From an uncultured Streptococcus sp. (GTDB taxonomy: Bacteria > Bacillota > Bacilli > Lactobacillales > Aerococcaceae), in contig CAUUUT010000001.1 in assembly GCA_963548485.1 (NCBI GenBank), positions 6,745-70,744 on the forward strand: a stretch of DNA of 64,000 nucleotides, written 5' to 3'. The stretch's first letter is position 1, and every line of letters begins with the position of its first letter. Under the pieces are notes generated by a model. It searched no databases. It was not told where the DNA came from and worked only from the letters and a program-made list of their open reading frames with translations. Made by a program: the position numbers and the translations under genes. This document shows positions 1 to 10,794 of the stretch, one piece after another.

Positions 1-933
1 AGCCAAGAAAATCTTGAAGGTAAGACGTTTAAAATTATGACAAAACGTTCGGATCATACATTCGAGATGGATACCAATCAAATCAACTTATTTTTAGGGG
101 ATGCCGTGTTAGAAACATATCCTGAAATTAAGGTTCAATTGAAACAACCAGATATTACAGTTCGTATTGATGTTCGCCGTGAGCACATAATGGTAAGTTT
201 AAAGACCATTCAAGGCGCTGGAGGGCTTCCAGTTGGCACAAGTGGCCGTGTAATGCTGATGCTTTCAGGAGGGATTGATTCTCCTGTTGCAGGATATTTA
301 GCTATGAAACGCGGTATGGAGATTCAATGTGTTCACTTTGCGAGTCCACCGTACACGAGTCCACAGGCGCTGGAGAAAACAAAACTCTTAGCAGCGAAAA
401 TTGCGCGTTTTGGAGGAAGTATTCAATTCTTAACGGTACCATTCTCAAGAATCCAAGAGGAAATTAAGAAGAGTGTACCAGAAGCATACTTAATGACGAT
501 TATGCGTCGTTTTATGCTTCGAATTACGGATCAACTAAGAGAAAATACACGCGCTCTTGCGATTGCTAACGGGGAATCTGTAGGACAAGTTGCTTCTCAA
601 ACATTGGATAGCATGGTGGCGATTAATGATGTTACAAATACACCGATTATTCGACCAGTGGCAACAATGGATAAACTCGATATTATTAAAGTTGCTGAAG
701 AAATTGATACTTTCGAGTTATCGATTCAACCATTTGAAGATTGTTGTACGGTATTTGCACCACCAAGTCCTAAGACGAAACCAAAACTAGAGAAGGCACG
801 TCAATATGAACAACGTCTTGACGTAGAAGGATTAATTAAAGAAGCTGTAGAGCAAACAGTGATTGAAGAAATTACTGCAAACTATACAACTCCAGTAGAA
901 ACAACAAGTCAAGAAATTGATGATTTATTTTAA
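1..933 (+). CDS. thiI: tRNA 4-thiouridine synthase ThiI (5' truncated by window edge)
   Basis: Frame is open from base 1; PP-loop [17 protein letters not shown] and EDCC motifs. Confidence 0.95.
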   Translation, partial: SQENLEGKTFKIMTKRSDHTFEMDTNQINLFLGDAVLETYPEIKVQLKQPDITVRIDVRREHIMVSLKTIQGAGGLPVGTSGRVMLMLSGGIDSPVAGYLAMKRGMEIQCVHFASPPYTSPQALEKTKLLAAKIARFGGSIQFLTVPFSRIQEEIKKSVPEAYLMTIMRRFMLRITDQLRENTRALAIANGESVGQVASQTLDSMVAINDVTNTPIIRPVATMDKLDIIKVAEEIDTFELSIQPFEDCCTVFAPPSPKTKPKLEKARQYEQRLDVEGLIKEAVEQTVIEEITANYTTPVETTSQEIDDLF

Positions 934-937
934 AATA

Positions 938-980
938 AAAAGAAGCGATGCTATTCCATGTGGAGTAGCATCGCTTTTTA
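938..980. terminator. Bidirectional intrinsic terminator between convergent thiI and amidase
   Basis: AAGCGATGCTA...TAGCATCGCTT stem flanked by A and T runs. Confidence 0.85.
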
Positions 981-985
981 TATGG

Positions 986-2401
986 TTATTGGAAGTATTC
1001 TTTTAATGCGTTAGCAATACTTTTAGCGATATTTTGTTGATATTCTTCAGAAGAAATCACTTTATTATCACCTTGGTTGTTTAAGTATCCAAGTTCTAAA
1101 AGAATAGAAGGACGAGCGTTATCTCGAAGGACCATGAAGTTTTGGAATCTGCTTCCTTGGTTTTTTAACGGAAGGTTTCGAGATAAATACTTATTCACTG
1201 TTTGACTTAAGCTTTCACTCTTATCACTGTAGTAGTAAGTTGTTGTTCCACTTGCGCTATCATCTTCTGAAGAGTCAAAGTGGATACTAATAAATGCATT
1301 TGCATTATTTTTGTTACTAATTTCTGCACGTTCAGAAAGAGATACGGATGTATCACTAGTTCTTGTTAAGATAACTTTAGCACCCATTGCTTCTAGTTCT
1401 TTCTTCACAAGTAGAGCAGTTGTTAATGTATGGTCAGCTTCGTGTTTTTCACTGAAGTTTACAACAGCACCTGGATCTTCACCGCCGTGCCCTGGGTCGA
1501 TGACGATTGTTGCATTTTTAATCCCTTGTGGAATTGTATCGTCAGTTTCTATACCTGCAAAGTTTGTAGTCACTAACCAGTAAGGAATGTACCCAAACTT
1601 ACCATTTCCAACGGATACTTTATAGAAATCACCTTCACGATCTTCATATACAAATTGAGTTCCTTTATCGACAGTTCCGATTAAATCAGAAGTGGTGTTT
1701 GCAGCTGAGTAAATTGGTGTTTCTTTTAGTTTTGTAACAAACATCTTATTCGAGTCGATCGTTGTTGGAAGTCCTGCTTGCTTATTTAGAATCTCTTGAA
1801 TGATTTCAATAGCATAGTTGGTAGAGTCGCTGTCTACATAACCTTCTTTATCGAAATAACGAACTTTTAAGACCTTATCGTTTAGTTCTTCAATAAGGTA
1901 GAAGAGTTCACCATTAGGAATCGTTAAGAGAACTTTCGAATTTGCATCTTGCGTTTCACGTAATTTCAATCCATCAGACGCATAGCCTTTCATCATCGTA
2001 GTAATGAGAATATCTTTGTCCTCGACGTAGGCTACTTGGTCACCGTATTGAACTTGAACCCAACCATTATCAAGTTTATGTAGCGCCAATAAATATTGGT
2101 TTTTAGAAAATTCGCCAACTGGAATACCTTTAGCATCCATTGTATGGTAGGCCTTAATCGGTTTATCGCTTGTATTGACAGCGAACTCGACAATTTTATT
2201 TTTAACCATAGTGGATGTTTGGGTAGCAGTGTTTGAACCGTTGCTATCTGGTTGGCTTTGTTGAGTATTTGCTTGTGGTTTTACTGTTGAACTTTCACTC
2301 ACTAAAGGATAAGCAATGATCCAAAGGAGTAGAAGTGAAACAAGAAAGCCCAGCAATTGCTGTATATTTTTCTTTTTAAAGAATTTCAGTACTGAATCCA
2401 T
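986..2401 (-). CDS. Membrane-anchored N-acetylmuramoyl-L-alanine amidase (TM + SH3b repeats + Amidase_3), LytH/YrvJ-like
   Basis: N-terminal hydrophobic helix; SH3b-like GWVQV/GYV/GYI segments; DPGHGG, SIHFD and LLELGY motifs. Confidence 0.88.
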   Translation of the reverse strand: MDSVLKFFKKKNIQQLLGFLVSLLLLWIIAYPLVSESSTVKPQANTQQSQPDSNGSNTATQTSTMVKNKIVEFAVNTSDKPIKAYHTMDAKGIPVGEFSKNQYLLALHKLDNGWVQVQYGDQVAYVEDKDILITTMMKGYASDGLKLRETQDANSKVLLTIPNGELFYLIEELNDKVLKVRYFDKEGYVDSDSTNYAIEIIQEILNKQAGLPTTIDSNKMFVTKLKETPIYSAANTTSDLIGTVDKGTQFVYEDREGDFYKVSVGNGKFGYIPYWLVTTNFAGIETDDTIPQGIKNATIVIDPGHGGEDPGAVVNFSEKHEADHTLTTALLVKKELEAMGAKVILTRTSDTSVSLSERAEISNKNNANAFISIHFDSSEDDSASGTTTYYYSDKSESLSQTVNKYLSRNLPLKNQGSRFQNFMVLRDNARPSILLELGYLNNQGDNKVISSEEYQQNIAKSIANALKEYFQ

Positions 2402-2544
2402 AGGGGCTCCTTTTTTTGTATATATTTCTTTATCATTATACCAATAAAACCGCTATTTGTGTATAAAAAATTGCTTACAGCTTGATTGCAGAAGAATTAT
2501 TTTAGTAAAATAATGGTGAATATTGAATTTTATGGAGGATTGTT

Positions 2545-3447
2545 ATGTTAATTGGGTCTCATGTTTCAATGAGTGGAAAAGAAATGTTGCTAAATTCTGC
2601 GCGTGAAGCAGCAAGTTATAATGCAAATGTGATGATGGTTTATACTGGAGCTCCGCAAAACACAAGAAGAAAACCCATTGAAGAGTTGAATGTTGAAGCA
2701 GGGAAAGCGTTTATGAAAGATAACGGAATCGAAGAAGTTGTCGTTCATGCGCCATATATTATCAATTTAGCCAATACGACAAAAGAAGGATATATTGATT
2801 TTGCAATTGAGTTCTTAAAAGAAGAATTAAAACGTGCAGAAGCAGTTGGTGCAACACAAGTCGTTCTTCATCCTGGTTCTCATGTAGGTGCTGGTGTTGA
2901 TGTTGGTTTAAATCAAATCATCTATGGATTGAATCAAGTATTAACCAAAGACCAAAAAGTTCAAATTGCATTAGAGACAATGGCTGGAAAGGGAACAGAG
3001 TTAGCTCGTACCTTTGAAGAATTAGCACGGATTATCGATGGAGTGACTTATAATGAGCACTTATCGGTTACATTTGATACTTGTCACGTTCATGATGCAG
3101 GATACGATATTAAGCATGATTTATCAGGCGTATTAACTCACTTTGATAAAACGGTTGGTCTGGATCGTATTAAAGTACTTCACGTAAATGATTCGAAAAA
3201 TCCTATTGCTGCTCATAAAGATAGACATGAGAACTTCGGTTTTGGTGAGATTGGTTTTGATGCCCTAATGAACGTTATTCATGTACCAGAATTCAAAAAT
3301 CTTCCAAAAATTCTTGAAACGCCATGGATTAAAGTAGAAGACAAAGTTCAGATTGCCCCATATAAAAAAGAGATTGAAATGATTCGTTCTGGAAAATTTG
3401 ATGCACACTGGATTGAAGAATTATTAAGCCAAGAAAGAGGGAAATAA
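2545..3447 (+). CDS. nfo: Endonuclease IV
   Basis: [20 protein letters not shown] and DRHEN motifs; GGAGG RBS. Confidence 0.95.
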   Translation: MLIGSHVSMSGKEMLLNSAREAASYNANVMMVYTGAPQNTRRKPIEELNVEAGKAFMKDNGIEEVVVHAPYIINLANTTKEGYIDFAIEFLKEELKRAEAVGATQVVLHPGSHVGAGVDVGLNQIIYGLNQVLTKDQKVQIALETMAGKGTELARTFEELARIIDGVTYNEHLSVTFDTCHVHDAGYDIKHDLSGVLTHFDKTVGLDRIKVLHVNDSKNPIAAHKDRHENFGFGEIGFDALMNVIHVPEFKNLPKILETPWIKVEDKVQIAPYKKEIEMIRSGKFDAHWIEELLSQERGK

Positions 3448-3448
3448 T

Positions 3449-3940
3449 ATGCATTCACACGATCATTGTTGTGACCACGACCACTGTGAACACAAAAGAC
3501 ATCACCATAACCATTCACAACATCATGTAGAAGAAGCGTTGGAGATATTAAAAGAAGCAGGTTATAAGCATACTAATAAACGTCAACGTCTTGTTGAAAT
3601 TTTAAATGATGCGAATCGTTATTTATCAGCAAAACAAGTGCAAGAATTAATTGCACCTGAATTCCCACAATTAAGTTATGATACAATTTATCGAAATTTA
3701 TATACATTTGTACAATTAAATATTCTAGAAGAGACAGAGTTTAACGGTGAGAAATTATTTAGATTTCGTTGTCAAAGTCATGGGCATCACCATCATTTTA
3801 TTTGTGAAAAATGTGGAAGTACAAAAGAAATCGATATGTGTCCAATGGACTTCTTTAAAGAGCAACTAGAAGGTTGTGAGATTCATTCACATCGTTTCGA
3901 GATTTTTGGCCTTTGTGAAAAATGCGCATCTAAAGCGTAA
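3449..3940 (+). CDS. zur: Fur-family regulator, Zur-like, with His/Cys-rich N-terminal extension
   Basis: TIYRNL helix, HHHHFICEKC and C-terminal CEKC; nfo-zur linkage. Confidence 0.8.
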   Translation: MHSHDHCCDHDHCEHKRHHHNHSQHHVEEALEILKEAGYKHTNKRQRLVEILNDANRYLSAKQVQELIAPEFPQLSYDTIYRNLYTFVQLNILEETEFNGEKLFRFRCQSHGHHHHFICEKCGSTKEIDMCPMDFFKEQLEGCEIHSHRFEIFGLCEKCASKA

Positions 3941-3985
3941 TTTAAGGCTTTCCTAAAAAAGTTAAAAGAACCCTAGTAAAGTTGA

Positions 3986-4014
3986 TTGACATTTTATGGA
4001 ACCTTTCCTATAAT
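3986..4014 (+). promoter_or_regulatory. Consensus sigma-A promoter for rpsU
   Basis: TTGACA-17 bp-TATAAT, perfect consensus. Confidence 0.85.
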
Positions 4015-4097
4015 AAAAAAAGGACATTTCGTTTGTTTGGTTATTCTATTCAAAAGAAAACAGTTACTTTTTATTGCTCGGAGGGAGGGAATAGGAT

Positions 4098-4271
4098 ATG
4101 TCAAAAACAGTTGTTCGTAAAAACGAATCACTTGATGATGCTCTTCGTCGCTTCAAACGTACTGTTTCTAAAACCGGAACTTTACAAGAGGCTCGCAAAC
4201 GTGAGTTTTATGAAAAACCAAGTGTAAGACGTAAGAAAAAATCAGAGGCAGCTCGTAAACGCAAGTTCTAG
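4098..4271 (+). CDS. rpsU: 30S ribosomal protein S21 (57 aa; below the ORF-track cutoff)
   Basis: Translates [69 protein letters not shown]. Confidence 0.97.
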   Translation: MSKTVVRKNESLDDALRRFKRTVSKTGTLQEARKREFYEKPSVRRKKKSEAARKRKF

Positions 4272-4299
4272 TCAACTCTGTGTATCATAGACTATGTCA

Positions 4300-4329
4300 G
4301 GCTGGGGCTTTAGGTCCCAGTCTTTTTTT
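4300..4329 (+). terminator. Intrinsic terminator after rpsU
   Basis: GCTGGGGC-TTTAG-GTCCCAGT hairpin followed by a T7 run. Confidence 0.7.
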
Positions 4330-4366
4330 ATCAATCAAACGAAATAGTTAGAATGGAGAGAGAACA

Positions 4367-4813
4367 ATGTCATTAAAAGAAACCATTAACAACGATATTA
4401 AAACTGCAATGAAAGCAAAAGATAAAGAAACATTAGCAGTATTAAGAATGATTAAAACTGCAATTCAAGCAGCAGAAATCGATAAAAAGTCAGAATTAAC
4501 GGCTGAAGAAGAATTAACAATCTTATCTCGTGAAGCGAAACAACGTCGTGATTCGATTGTTGAATTTGAAAAAGCAGGTCGCCAAGAACTAGTTGAAAAA
4601 ACACAAGGCGAATTAAAAATTGTTGAGAAATACTTACCAGCACAACTTTCTTTAGAAGAAGTTCAAGCAAAAATTGCTGAAATTGCTGAACAAGTAGGAG
4701 CAACAACACAGAAAGAATTTGGTAAATTAATGGGTGCTGTGATGCAAGCTCTTAAAGGGCAAGCAGACGGTAATGTCATTAAAGAACAAGTAAAAGCACA
4801 CTTAAATAAATAA
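4367..4813 (+). CDS. yqeY: GatB/YqeY domain protein
   Basis: AMKAKDK...KQRRDSI...GKLMG pattern; rpsU-yqeY synteny. Confidence 0.9.
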   Translation: MSLKETINNDIKTAMKAKDKETLAVLRMIKTAIQAAEIDKKSELTAEEELTILSREAKQRRDSIVEFEKAGRQELVEKTQGELKIVEKYLPAQLSLEEVQAKIAEIAEQVGATTQKEFGKLMGAVMQALKGQADGNVIKEQVKAHLNK

Positions 4814-4835
4814 GTGTGGATTGGAGGATAACTGA

Positions 4836-5843
4836 TTGGAAAATGAAACCGTAAAAGCAAGTGTTGAATTAAGCGATAATCCTCAATTAATTCAATTATT
4901 TGGTTCACAAGATCAGAATATTCGTTTTATTGAAGAGTCATTTCAAGTGCAAATCACCCATCGTGGTGAACAGCTTTTTATTACAGGGGAAGAAGAAACA
5001 GTTTCTCAAGTAAAAGAACTCATTAATCAACTTCAAGACCTGATTGCACGTGGAATTAGTATTTCTAAAACAGATATCATAACCGCGGTAAAAATGGCAA
5101 AACGTGGTACTTTGGACTACTTTGTTAATTTATATAACGAAGAAATAGGCCGTACATTTGCTGGGAAAGCAATTCGTGCTAAAACGTATGGTCAACAGCA
5201 ATATATCCATGCGATTAAGAAAACGGATGTTGTGTTTGGTATAGGCCCAGCCGGAACTGGTAAAACATTCGTTGCCGTTGTAATGGCGGTTCAAGCGTTG
5301 AAAAAAGGTGAAGTGAAGAAAATCATCTTAACTCGCCCAGCGGTTGAAGCGGGTGAAAATCTAGGGTTCTTACCAGGGGATTTAAAAGAGAAAGTAGATC
5401 CTTATTTACGTCCGTTATATGACGCACTATATACCGTATACGGTATGGAGCATACGAATCGTCTTCTTGAGAGAGGAGTCATTGAAGTTGCACCACTAGC
5501 GTATATGCGTGGACGTACACTTGAAGATTCATTTATCATTTTAGATGAAGCTCAAAATACGACAAGAGCTCAAATGAAGATGTTTTTAACACGTCTTGGA
5601 TTTGGGTCGAAAATGATTGTCAATGGGGATAAGTCTCAAATTGACTTACCAAAAGGGCACCAAGCGAGTGGACTTTTAGATGCTGAACGTAAACTAAAAG
5701 GAATTAATGGAATTGCCTTTGTTGAATTTGATGCAGGAGACGTCGTTCGTCATCCAATCGTATCAGAAATTATTAATGCTTACTCGGCTTCTACAACTAC
5801 TGAAAAGGAACGAGGTGAAGAAAGTGAGACAAAAGCTCCGTAA
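4836..5843 (+). CDS. phoH: PhoH-family ATPase
   Basis: GPAGTGKT, RPAVEAGE, RGRTL and DEAQN motifs; TTG start after GGAGG. Confidence 0.95.
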   Translation: MENETVKASVELSDNPQLIQLFGSQDQNIRFIEESFQVQITHRGEQLFITGEEETVSQVKELINQLQDLIARGISISKTDIITAVKMAKRGTLDYFVNLYNEEIGRTFAGKAIRAKTYGQQQYIHAIKKTDVVFGIGPAGTGKTFVAVVMAVQALKKGEVKKIILTRPAVEAGENLGFLPGDLKEKVDPYLRPLYDALYTVYGMEHTNRLLERGVIEVAPLAYMRGRTLEDSFIILDEAQNTTRAQMKMFLTRLGFGSKMIVNGDKSQIDLPKGHQASGLLDAERKLKGINGIAFVEFDAGDVVRHPIVSEIINAYSASTTTEKERGEESETKAP

Positions 5844-8016
5844 GTTTCAAGAAACATTAGGGATTTTATATGTACCTGCGCTATTAGGCGTCACATTCCT
5901 ATTTTTATTAATTTTAGGATGGAGTAATGTACAGCCAACTTCGTATTCGCTGGCATTGAATCAAGTGGCTAAAGAAACGATTCGTTCCCCTAGAACTGTT
6001 GAGGATAAAGCTCAAACTGAGAAGAATCAACAGATGGCGATGGATGGCGTTGGAGATATTTATGTCTTTGACCAAAGTCGCGAGCAACAACAAATTGATA
6101 AAGTGAAGCAGTTCTTCCAAGCCATCAAAACAGTGGCTGCGAAGGCCTCAAGTGAAATCTTTGCGACTGATTCTACAACGACGACGTCAGGTGAAGTGTC
6201 AACAAGAGTCGCAACGATTCAAGATCGTCTCACTTATTTCAAGAAAAGTCTAGATTCAGAAAACAAATCAATTCGAGATTTTGCTTTGTATATTCCAGAT
6301 AGTGTCATCATTCAATTGCTATCTGTTAGCTCAGATAAATTAGATAATTACGAATCCGCTCTAGTGAATGCGATTAAAGAGCAAATGTCAAAATCGATTA
6401 CAGAATCTAATTTGCTTCAAGCACAAGAAGCTGCAAAGAAATCATTATTTAATGGTGGATTTACAGATAATGAACGGGAAATGTTGGGACAATTATTAAC
6501 GAACAGTATTGTTGTAAATAATGTTGTTGATAAAGATGCAACGAATAGTGCTAAGGAAAAAGCAAAACAAAGTGTTTCTCCGGTTCGTATTTTACAAGGA
6601 CAAGTATTGATTCAAGAGGGGCATATTATTACCCAAGAAGACTTGAGAATTCTTGAATTATTAGGAATTGATGGCAATTCTAGTAATTATCATCAACTCT
6701 ATAGTTATTTGTTATTCCTAGGAATTTTAATGATTTCGTTATTAGCGTTCACTTTCCGCTTTAAGCTTAGTGCCTCTAAGAAAGAGTGGGATACACGCGT
6801 TAATGAATTGACTGTTTTCTCAGTTGTATTTTCGATTGGGGCTATTTTGTTGAAGATTCTTTCGTTTCTTCAAAATCGTGGGATTGATTTCATTGGTGTT
6901 GCATTCCCGATTGCAGGATTCATCTACATCATTTATAAGTTAACGACGAAGTTTTACTTCACGATTATTGCGATGGTAGTTTATCCAATTTTAGTCTGGT
7001 TTATGTTTGGTAGTGATAGTATTAATACAGAAATCGCCTTAACCACAGTTTTCTTCTCGTTAGCTGCATGGCTAGGTGTGATTCAAGAAGTTTACTGGAA
7101 AGATTTATCTTGGATTAAACAGTTACTATTACACATTTTTATTCCAGTTGCATTGATGCCTCCATTTATATTCTTTAGTAACTATGAATTGATTTCCACA
7201 CAATCAGGTTGGCTAATTGCTTTTGCTGCAATCAGTGGATTTTTATCATATTTGATACCAATTATTTTAATGCCGTACTTTACTTACTTATTTGAAGATA
7301 GTTCAGTATTATTATGGGCAGAATTGTCAAATCCAAACCAACCGTTGTTAAAAGAGTTGATTACAAAAGCTCCAGGAACTTATCATCATAGTTTAATGGT
7401 GGCAAATATTTCTGCAAACTGTGTCGAAGCCATTGGTGGAGATTCGCAATTGGCAAGAGTAGCTTGTTATTATCACGATATTGGTAAAACAGAGCATCCA
7501 TTCTTCTTCATTGAGAATTTGCCATCCCATATGGAAAGCCCTCATAAAATGATTGGACCATATGAATCGAAAGAAATTATTTTTGATCACGTTCGTAAAG
7601 GTGTAGAAATTCTAAAACAAAATCAATTACCACAATCAGTGATTGATATTTGTGCGGAACACCACGGAACAACGTTAATGAAATATTTCTATGCGGAAGC
7701 GTTAAAGGAAAATCCAGATGCGGATGAAGCTGATTTCAGATATCCAGGTCCTAAACCTCAGACGAAAGAATCAGCGGTTATCAATATTGTGGATAGTGCA
7801 GAGGCGGCAACACGTGCGATGAAAGAACCAACGCTCGAGAAGGTTCAAAACTTAGTCCATTCGATTATTATGAATCGCTTAGAGGATGAGCAATTTGTTG
7901 AATGTGATATTACGATGAGAGAATTAGCGATTATCGAAAAGAATATCGTGGCTTCTTTAAACGGAACATTCCACTCAAGAATTGAATATCCAAAATTACC
8001 GAAAAAACAATCATAA
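5824..8016 (+). CDS. pgpH: 7TM-HD family c-di-AMP phosphodiesterase, PgpH-like
   Basis: Extracellular domain, multiple TM helices, APGTYHHS, YYHDIGK, HHGTT and RYPGPKP; phoH-pgpH-ybeY synteny; GTG start at 5824 after GAGGTG (track start 5707 is probably too long). Confidence 0.85.
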   Translation: MRQKLRKFQETLGILYVPALLGVTFLFLLILGWSNVQPTSYSLALNQVAKETIRSPRTVEDKAQTEKNQQMAMDGVGDIYVFDQSREQQQIDKVKQFFQAIKTVAAKASSEIFATDSTTTTSGEVSTRVATIQDRLTYFKKSLDSENKSIRDFALYIPDSVIIQLLSVSSDKLDNYESALVNAIKEQMSKSITESNLLQAQEAAKKSLFNGGFTDNEREMLGQLLTNSIVVNNVVDKDATNSAKEKAKQSVSPVRILQGQVLIQEGHIITQEDLRILELLGIDGNSSNYHQLYSYLLFLGILMISLLAFTFRFKLSASKKEWDTRVNELTVFSVVFSIGAILLKILSFLQNRGIDFIGVAFPIAGFIYIIYKLTTKFYFTIIAMVVYPILVWFMFGSDSINTEIALTTVFFSLAAWLGVIQEVYWKDLSWIKQLLLHIFIPVALMPPFIFFSNYELISTQSGWLIAFAAISGFLSYLIPIILMPYFTYLFEDSSVLLWAELSNPNQPLLKELITKAPGTYHHSLMVANISANCVEAIGGDSQLARVACYYHDIGKTEHPFFFIENLPSHMESPHKMIGPYESKEIIFDHVRKGVEILKQNQLPQSVIDICAEHHGTTLMKYFYAEALKENPDADEADFRYPGPKPQTKESAVINIVDSAEAATRAMKEPTLEKVQNLVHSIIMNRLEDEQFVECDITMRELAIIEKNIVASLNGTFHSRIEYPKLPKKQS

Positions 8017-8023
8017 AATGTAG

Positions 8024-8069
8024 ACTCCCTTCTATATTGGGCACAGTTCCAATAGAAGGGAGTATTTTT
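8024..8069 (+). terminator. Intrinsic terminator after pgpH
   Basis: ACTCCCTTCTA...TAGAAGGGAGT stem followed by ATTTTT. Confidence 0.75.
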
Positions 8070-8159
8070 ATGGAAAGAGTGGATTCTTCAGCCTTCAAAG
8101 TTCCAATAATGTAGGGAGTTTGTTACAATAATAGTGACTTTAAAAAAGGAGTAATAATT

Positions 8160-8648
8160 ATGATTATCGAAATTATTGATGAAACAGAAGTAGTCCCAGA
8201 AAGCCATCAAGAGCTTGTACATAAAGTCGTTTCTTATGCAGCAGATTATTTAAAAATTCCTGCAAATAAAGAGTGCAGTATTTCGTTTGTATCTAGCGAA
8301 AGAATTCGTGAAATCAATCGTGATTTTAGAAATATTGATAAAGTAACAGATGTCATTAGCTTCGCACTAGATGATTCAGATGATGATTTCCAAAGCATGC
8401 AATCCATCATGGAAGAAGACGATAGTTTTGTAACATCTATCGGAGATATCGTGATTTCTTTAGATCGTGCAAAAGAACAAGCAGAAGACTATGGACATTC
8501 GCTCGAACGTGAACTTGGATTCTTAGCACTGCATGGTTTCTTGCATTTAAATGGATATGACCATCAAACAGAAGAAGAGGAAGCTGAAATGACAGGATTG
8601 CAAAAAGAAATCCTAGAAGCATATGGGTTGAAACGAGATGACGCATAA
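8160..8648 (+). CDS. ybeY: rRNA maturation factor YbeY
   Basis: TDVISF and HGFLHLNGYDH motifs. Confidence 0.96.
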   Translation: MIIEIIDETEVVPESHQELVHKVVSYAADYLKIPANKECSISFVSSERIREINRDFRNIDKVTDVISFALDDSDDDFQSMQSIMEEDDSFVTSIGDIVISLDRAKEQAEDYGHSLERELGFLALHGFLHLNGYDHQTEEEEAEMTGLQKEILEAYGLKRDDA

Positions 8649-9018
8649 GCAGACTGAAAAAAATTCTAATTTTCTAACATCGCTGAAACACGCACTTCAT
8701 GGAATCTTGACAGTTATTAAAGAAGAGCGAAATATGAAAGCTCATTTATGCATTGCATTTTTAGCCATCATTATTAGTTTCTTCTCTAAGTTATCTGCAC
8801 TCGAATGGTGTTTTATTTTACTTTGTATTTTCATCGTATTTCTCATGGAAATTTTAAACACCGTTGTCGAAAATTTAGTCGATTTACTAGTGAAAAAGGA
8901 ATATCATATTGAAGCAAAGAAGGCAAAAGATATTGCTGCAGGTGGAGTGTTGTTAAGCGCAGGCTTCACGGTTATTATTGCGATTATCATTATTTTGCCG
9001 AAATGGATTCATTTTTAA
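8638..9018 (+). CDS. dgkA: Diacylglycerol/undecaprenol kinase
   Basis: EILNTVVE and AKDIAAG motifs, three TM helices; ybeY-dgkA-era order. Confidence 0.9.
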   Translation: MTHKQTEKNSNFLTSLKHALHGILTVIKEERNMKAHLCIAFLAIIISFFSKLSALEWCFILLCIFIVFLMEILNTVVENLVDLLVKKEYHIEAKKAKDIAAGGVLLSAGFTVIIAIIIILPKWIHF

Positions 9019-9027
9019 GGAGAGAAT

Positions 9028-9936
9028 ATGACAAAATCATTTAAATCAGGATTTGTAGCGATTGTGGGACGCCCTAATGTCGGCAAATCAACATTCATGA
9101 ACTATGTGCTTGGACAAAAGATTGCGATTATGTCTGATAAGGCACAAACGACAAGAAATAAAATCCAAGGAGTCTATACGAAAGAGGATGCGCAAATCGT
9201 ATTCTTAGATACTCCAGGGATTCATAAACCTAAACATGAACTTGGCGAATTCATGGTGAAGAGTGCCTATTCTGCATTGAAAGAAGTAGATGCAGTCTTA
9301 TTTATGGTTAACGTTAGTGAAAAACGTGGACCAGGGGACGACTTCATTATTGAAAAGCTTAAAGGTATTAAGACACCAATTTTCTTAGTGTTGAATAAGA
9401 TTGACCTTGTCACACCAGAAGTATTACTAGAACGTGTGGAAAGTTATAAAGATGCACTTGATTTTGCGGGTGTATTCCCAATTTCAGTTCTACAAGGAAA
9501 CAATGTCAATGAACTGATGGAAGGGTTGGTTAATGCACTGCCTGAAGGACCACAATATTATCCAGCAGACCAAATCACAGATCACCCTGAGTACTTTGTT
9601 GTCTCAGAATTGATTCGTGAGAAAATTTTACAGTTAACGCAGGAAGAAATTCCGCATTCAGTTGCGGTAACTGTGGATAAAATGCAAAAGGATGAATTCG
9701 ATAAAGTTCATGTTTATGCCAATATCATTGTGGAGCGAAAATCGCAAAAAGGGATTATTATCGGTAAAGGTGGACGTCTCTTAAAAGAAATCGGGACGAG
9801 AGCTAGACGTGATATTCAACAATTACTTGGCAATAAAGTATACCTTGAATTGTGGGTAAAAGTTGAAAAAGATTGGCGTAAGCGTAAGAGTAACTTACAA
9901 GAATACGGATATCGAGATACAGACTATAGAGATTAG
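9028..9936 (+). CDS. era: GTPase Era
   Basis: [16 protein letters not shown] and KH-domain IIGKGG. Confidence 0.97.
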   Translation: MTKSFKSGFVAIVGRPNVGKSTFMNYVLGQKIAIMSDKAQTTRNKIQGVYTKEDAQIVFLDTPGIHKPKHELGEFMVKSAYSALKEVDAVLFMVNVSEKRGPGDDFIIEKLKGIKTPIFLVLNKIDLVTPEVLLERVESYKDALDFAGVFPISVLQGNNVNELMEGLVNALPEGPQYYPADQITDHPEYFVVSELIREKILQLTQEEIPHSVAVTVDKMQKDEFDKVHVYANIIVERKSQKGIIIGKGGRLLKEIGTRARRDIQQLLGNKVYLELWVKVEKDWRKRKSNLQEYGYRDTDYRD

Positions 9937-9947
9937 GATGGAAACAA

Positions 9948-10730
9948 ATGGAGTATTATCACTATTTTGATGGAATCGTCTTAATGAGACAGGTGTATCG
10001 TGAAAAAGATATGCTCGTTAAAATTTTGACGAGGGACCACGGAAAGTTGATGTTCTTTTTACGAAATGCGCAACAGAGTAATCATCCATTGACAGCTGCG
10101 ACACAAGTGTTTACAAGAGCGACTTTCCTAGGGCATATTCATCAAAATGGGTTTAGTTTTCTTAAGGATAGTCACGATATAAAACCTGCGACGATTGTTC
10201 TACAAGATGTAAAGGCACAAGCAGTTTTAGCGTATTTAACGCAATTAACAGATGCGGTGATGGATGACCATATTGTCAACGAGACGGTCTTCCAATTGCT
10301 TTGGGCTTGTATTGAAGCAATTAACAATGGTGTCGATGCAGAAGTGATTTTACACTTCTTTGAGATCAAGATTTTACGTTATTACGGAGTAGAATTGGAA
10401 TGGCAGCATTGTGTTGTGTGTCAGAAAGACACAGATTTAGTTGATTTTTCAGTACAGAAACACGGCTGTTTGTGCACTCATCATTTAGATGAGGACCTGT
10501 ATCGCATGCAGTTATCTAGGAAAGCATTATACGTTGCAAGGCAATTAGCTCTTGTGAATTCCCCAAAACAAATCGGGTCAATTCAGTTGTCCAATGAGAC
10601 AACTTCCGAGTTAAGACGGCTCTTTGATACCATTATGGAAGAATATGTAGGGATTCGTTTAAAAAGTAAAAAATTCCTAGATCAGATGGTCGCGTGGGAG
10701 ACGTTAATGCAAGAAAGAAGTAAGGATTAA
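9948..10730 (+). CDS. recO: DNA repair protein RecO
   Basis: N-terminal OB-like E-D-x-L-V motif, CVVC...CTHH zinc-finger region; era-recO synteny. Confidence 0.88.
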   Translation: MEYYHYFDGIVLMRQVYREKDMLVKILTRDHGKLMFFLRNAQQSNHPLTAATQVFTRATFLGHIHQNGFSFLKDSHDIKPATIVLQDVKAQAVLAYLTQLTDAVMDDHIVNETVFQLLWACIEAINNGVDAEVILHFFEIKILRYYGVELEWQHCVVCQKDTDLVDFSVQKHGCLCTHHLDEDLYRMQLSRKALYVARQLALVNSPKQIGSIQLSNETTSELRRLFDTIMEEYVGIRLKSKKFLDQMVAWETLMQERSKD

Positions 10731-10755
10731 AACTAGTGTAAATCGCTGTCTTTAC

Positions 10756-10784
10756 TTGACTTTTTAAGCAATTATCGGTACTAT
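10756..10784 (+). promoter_or_regulatory. Sigma-A promoter for the T-box leader
   Basis: TTGACT-17 bp-TACTAT. Confidence 0.7.
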
Positions 10785-10794
10785 AGTGAAAGAT

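Noticed and set aside
3982..4227. 81-aa ORF overlapping the rpsU region
   Set aside because: It spans the consensus promoter and is out of frame with rpsU (4098-4271), which explains the locus
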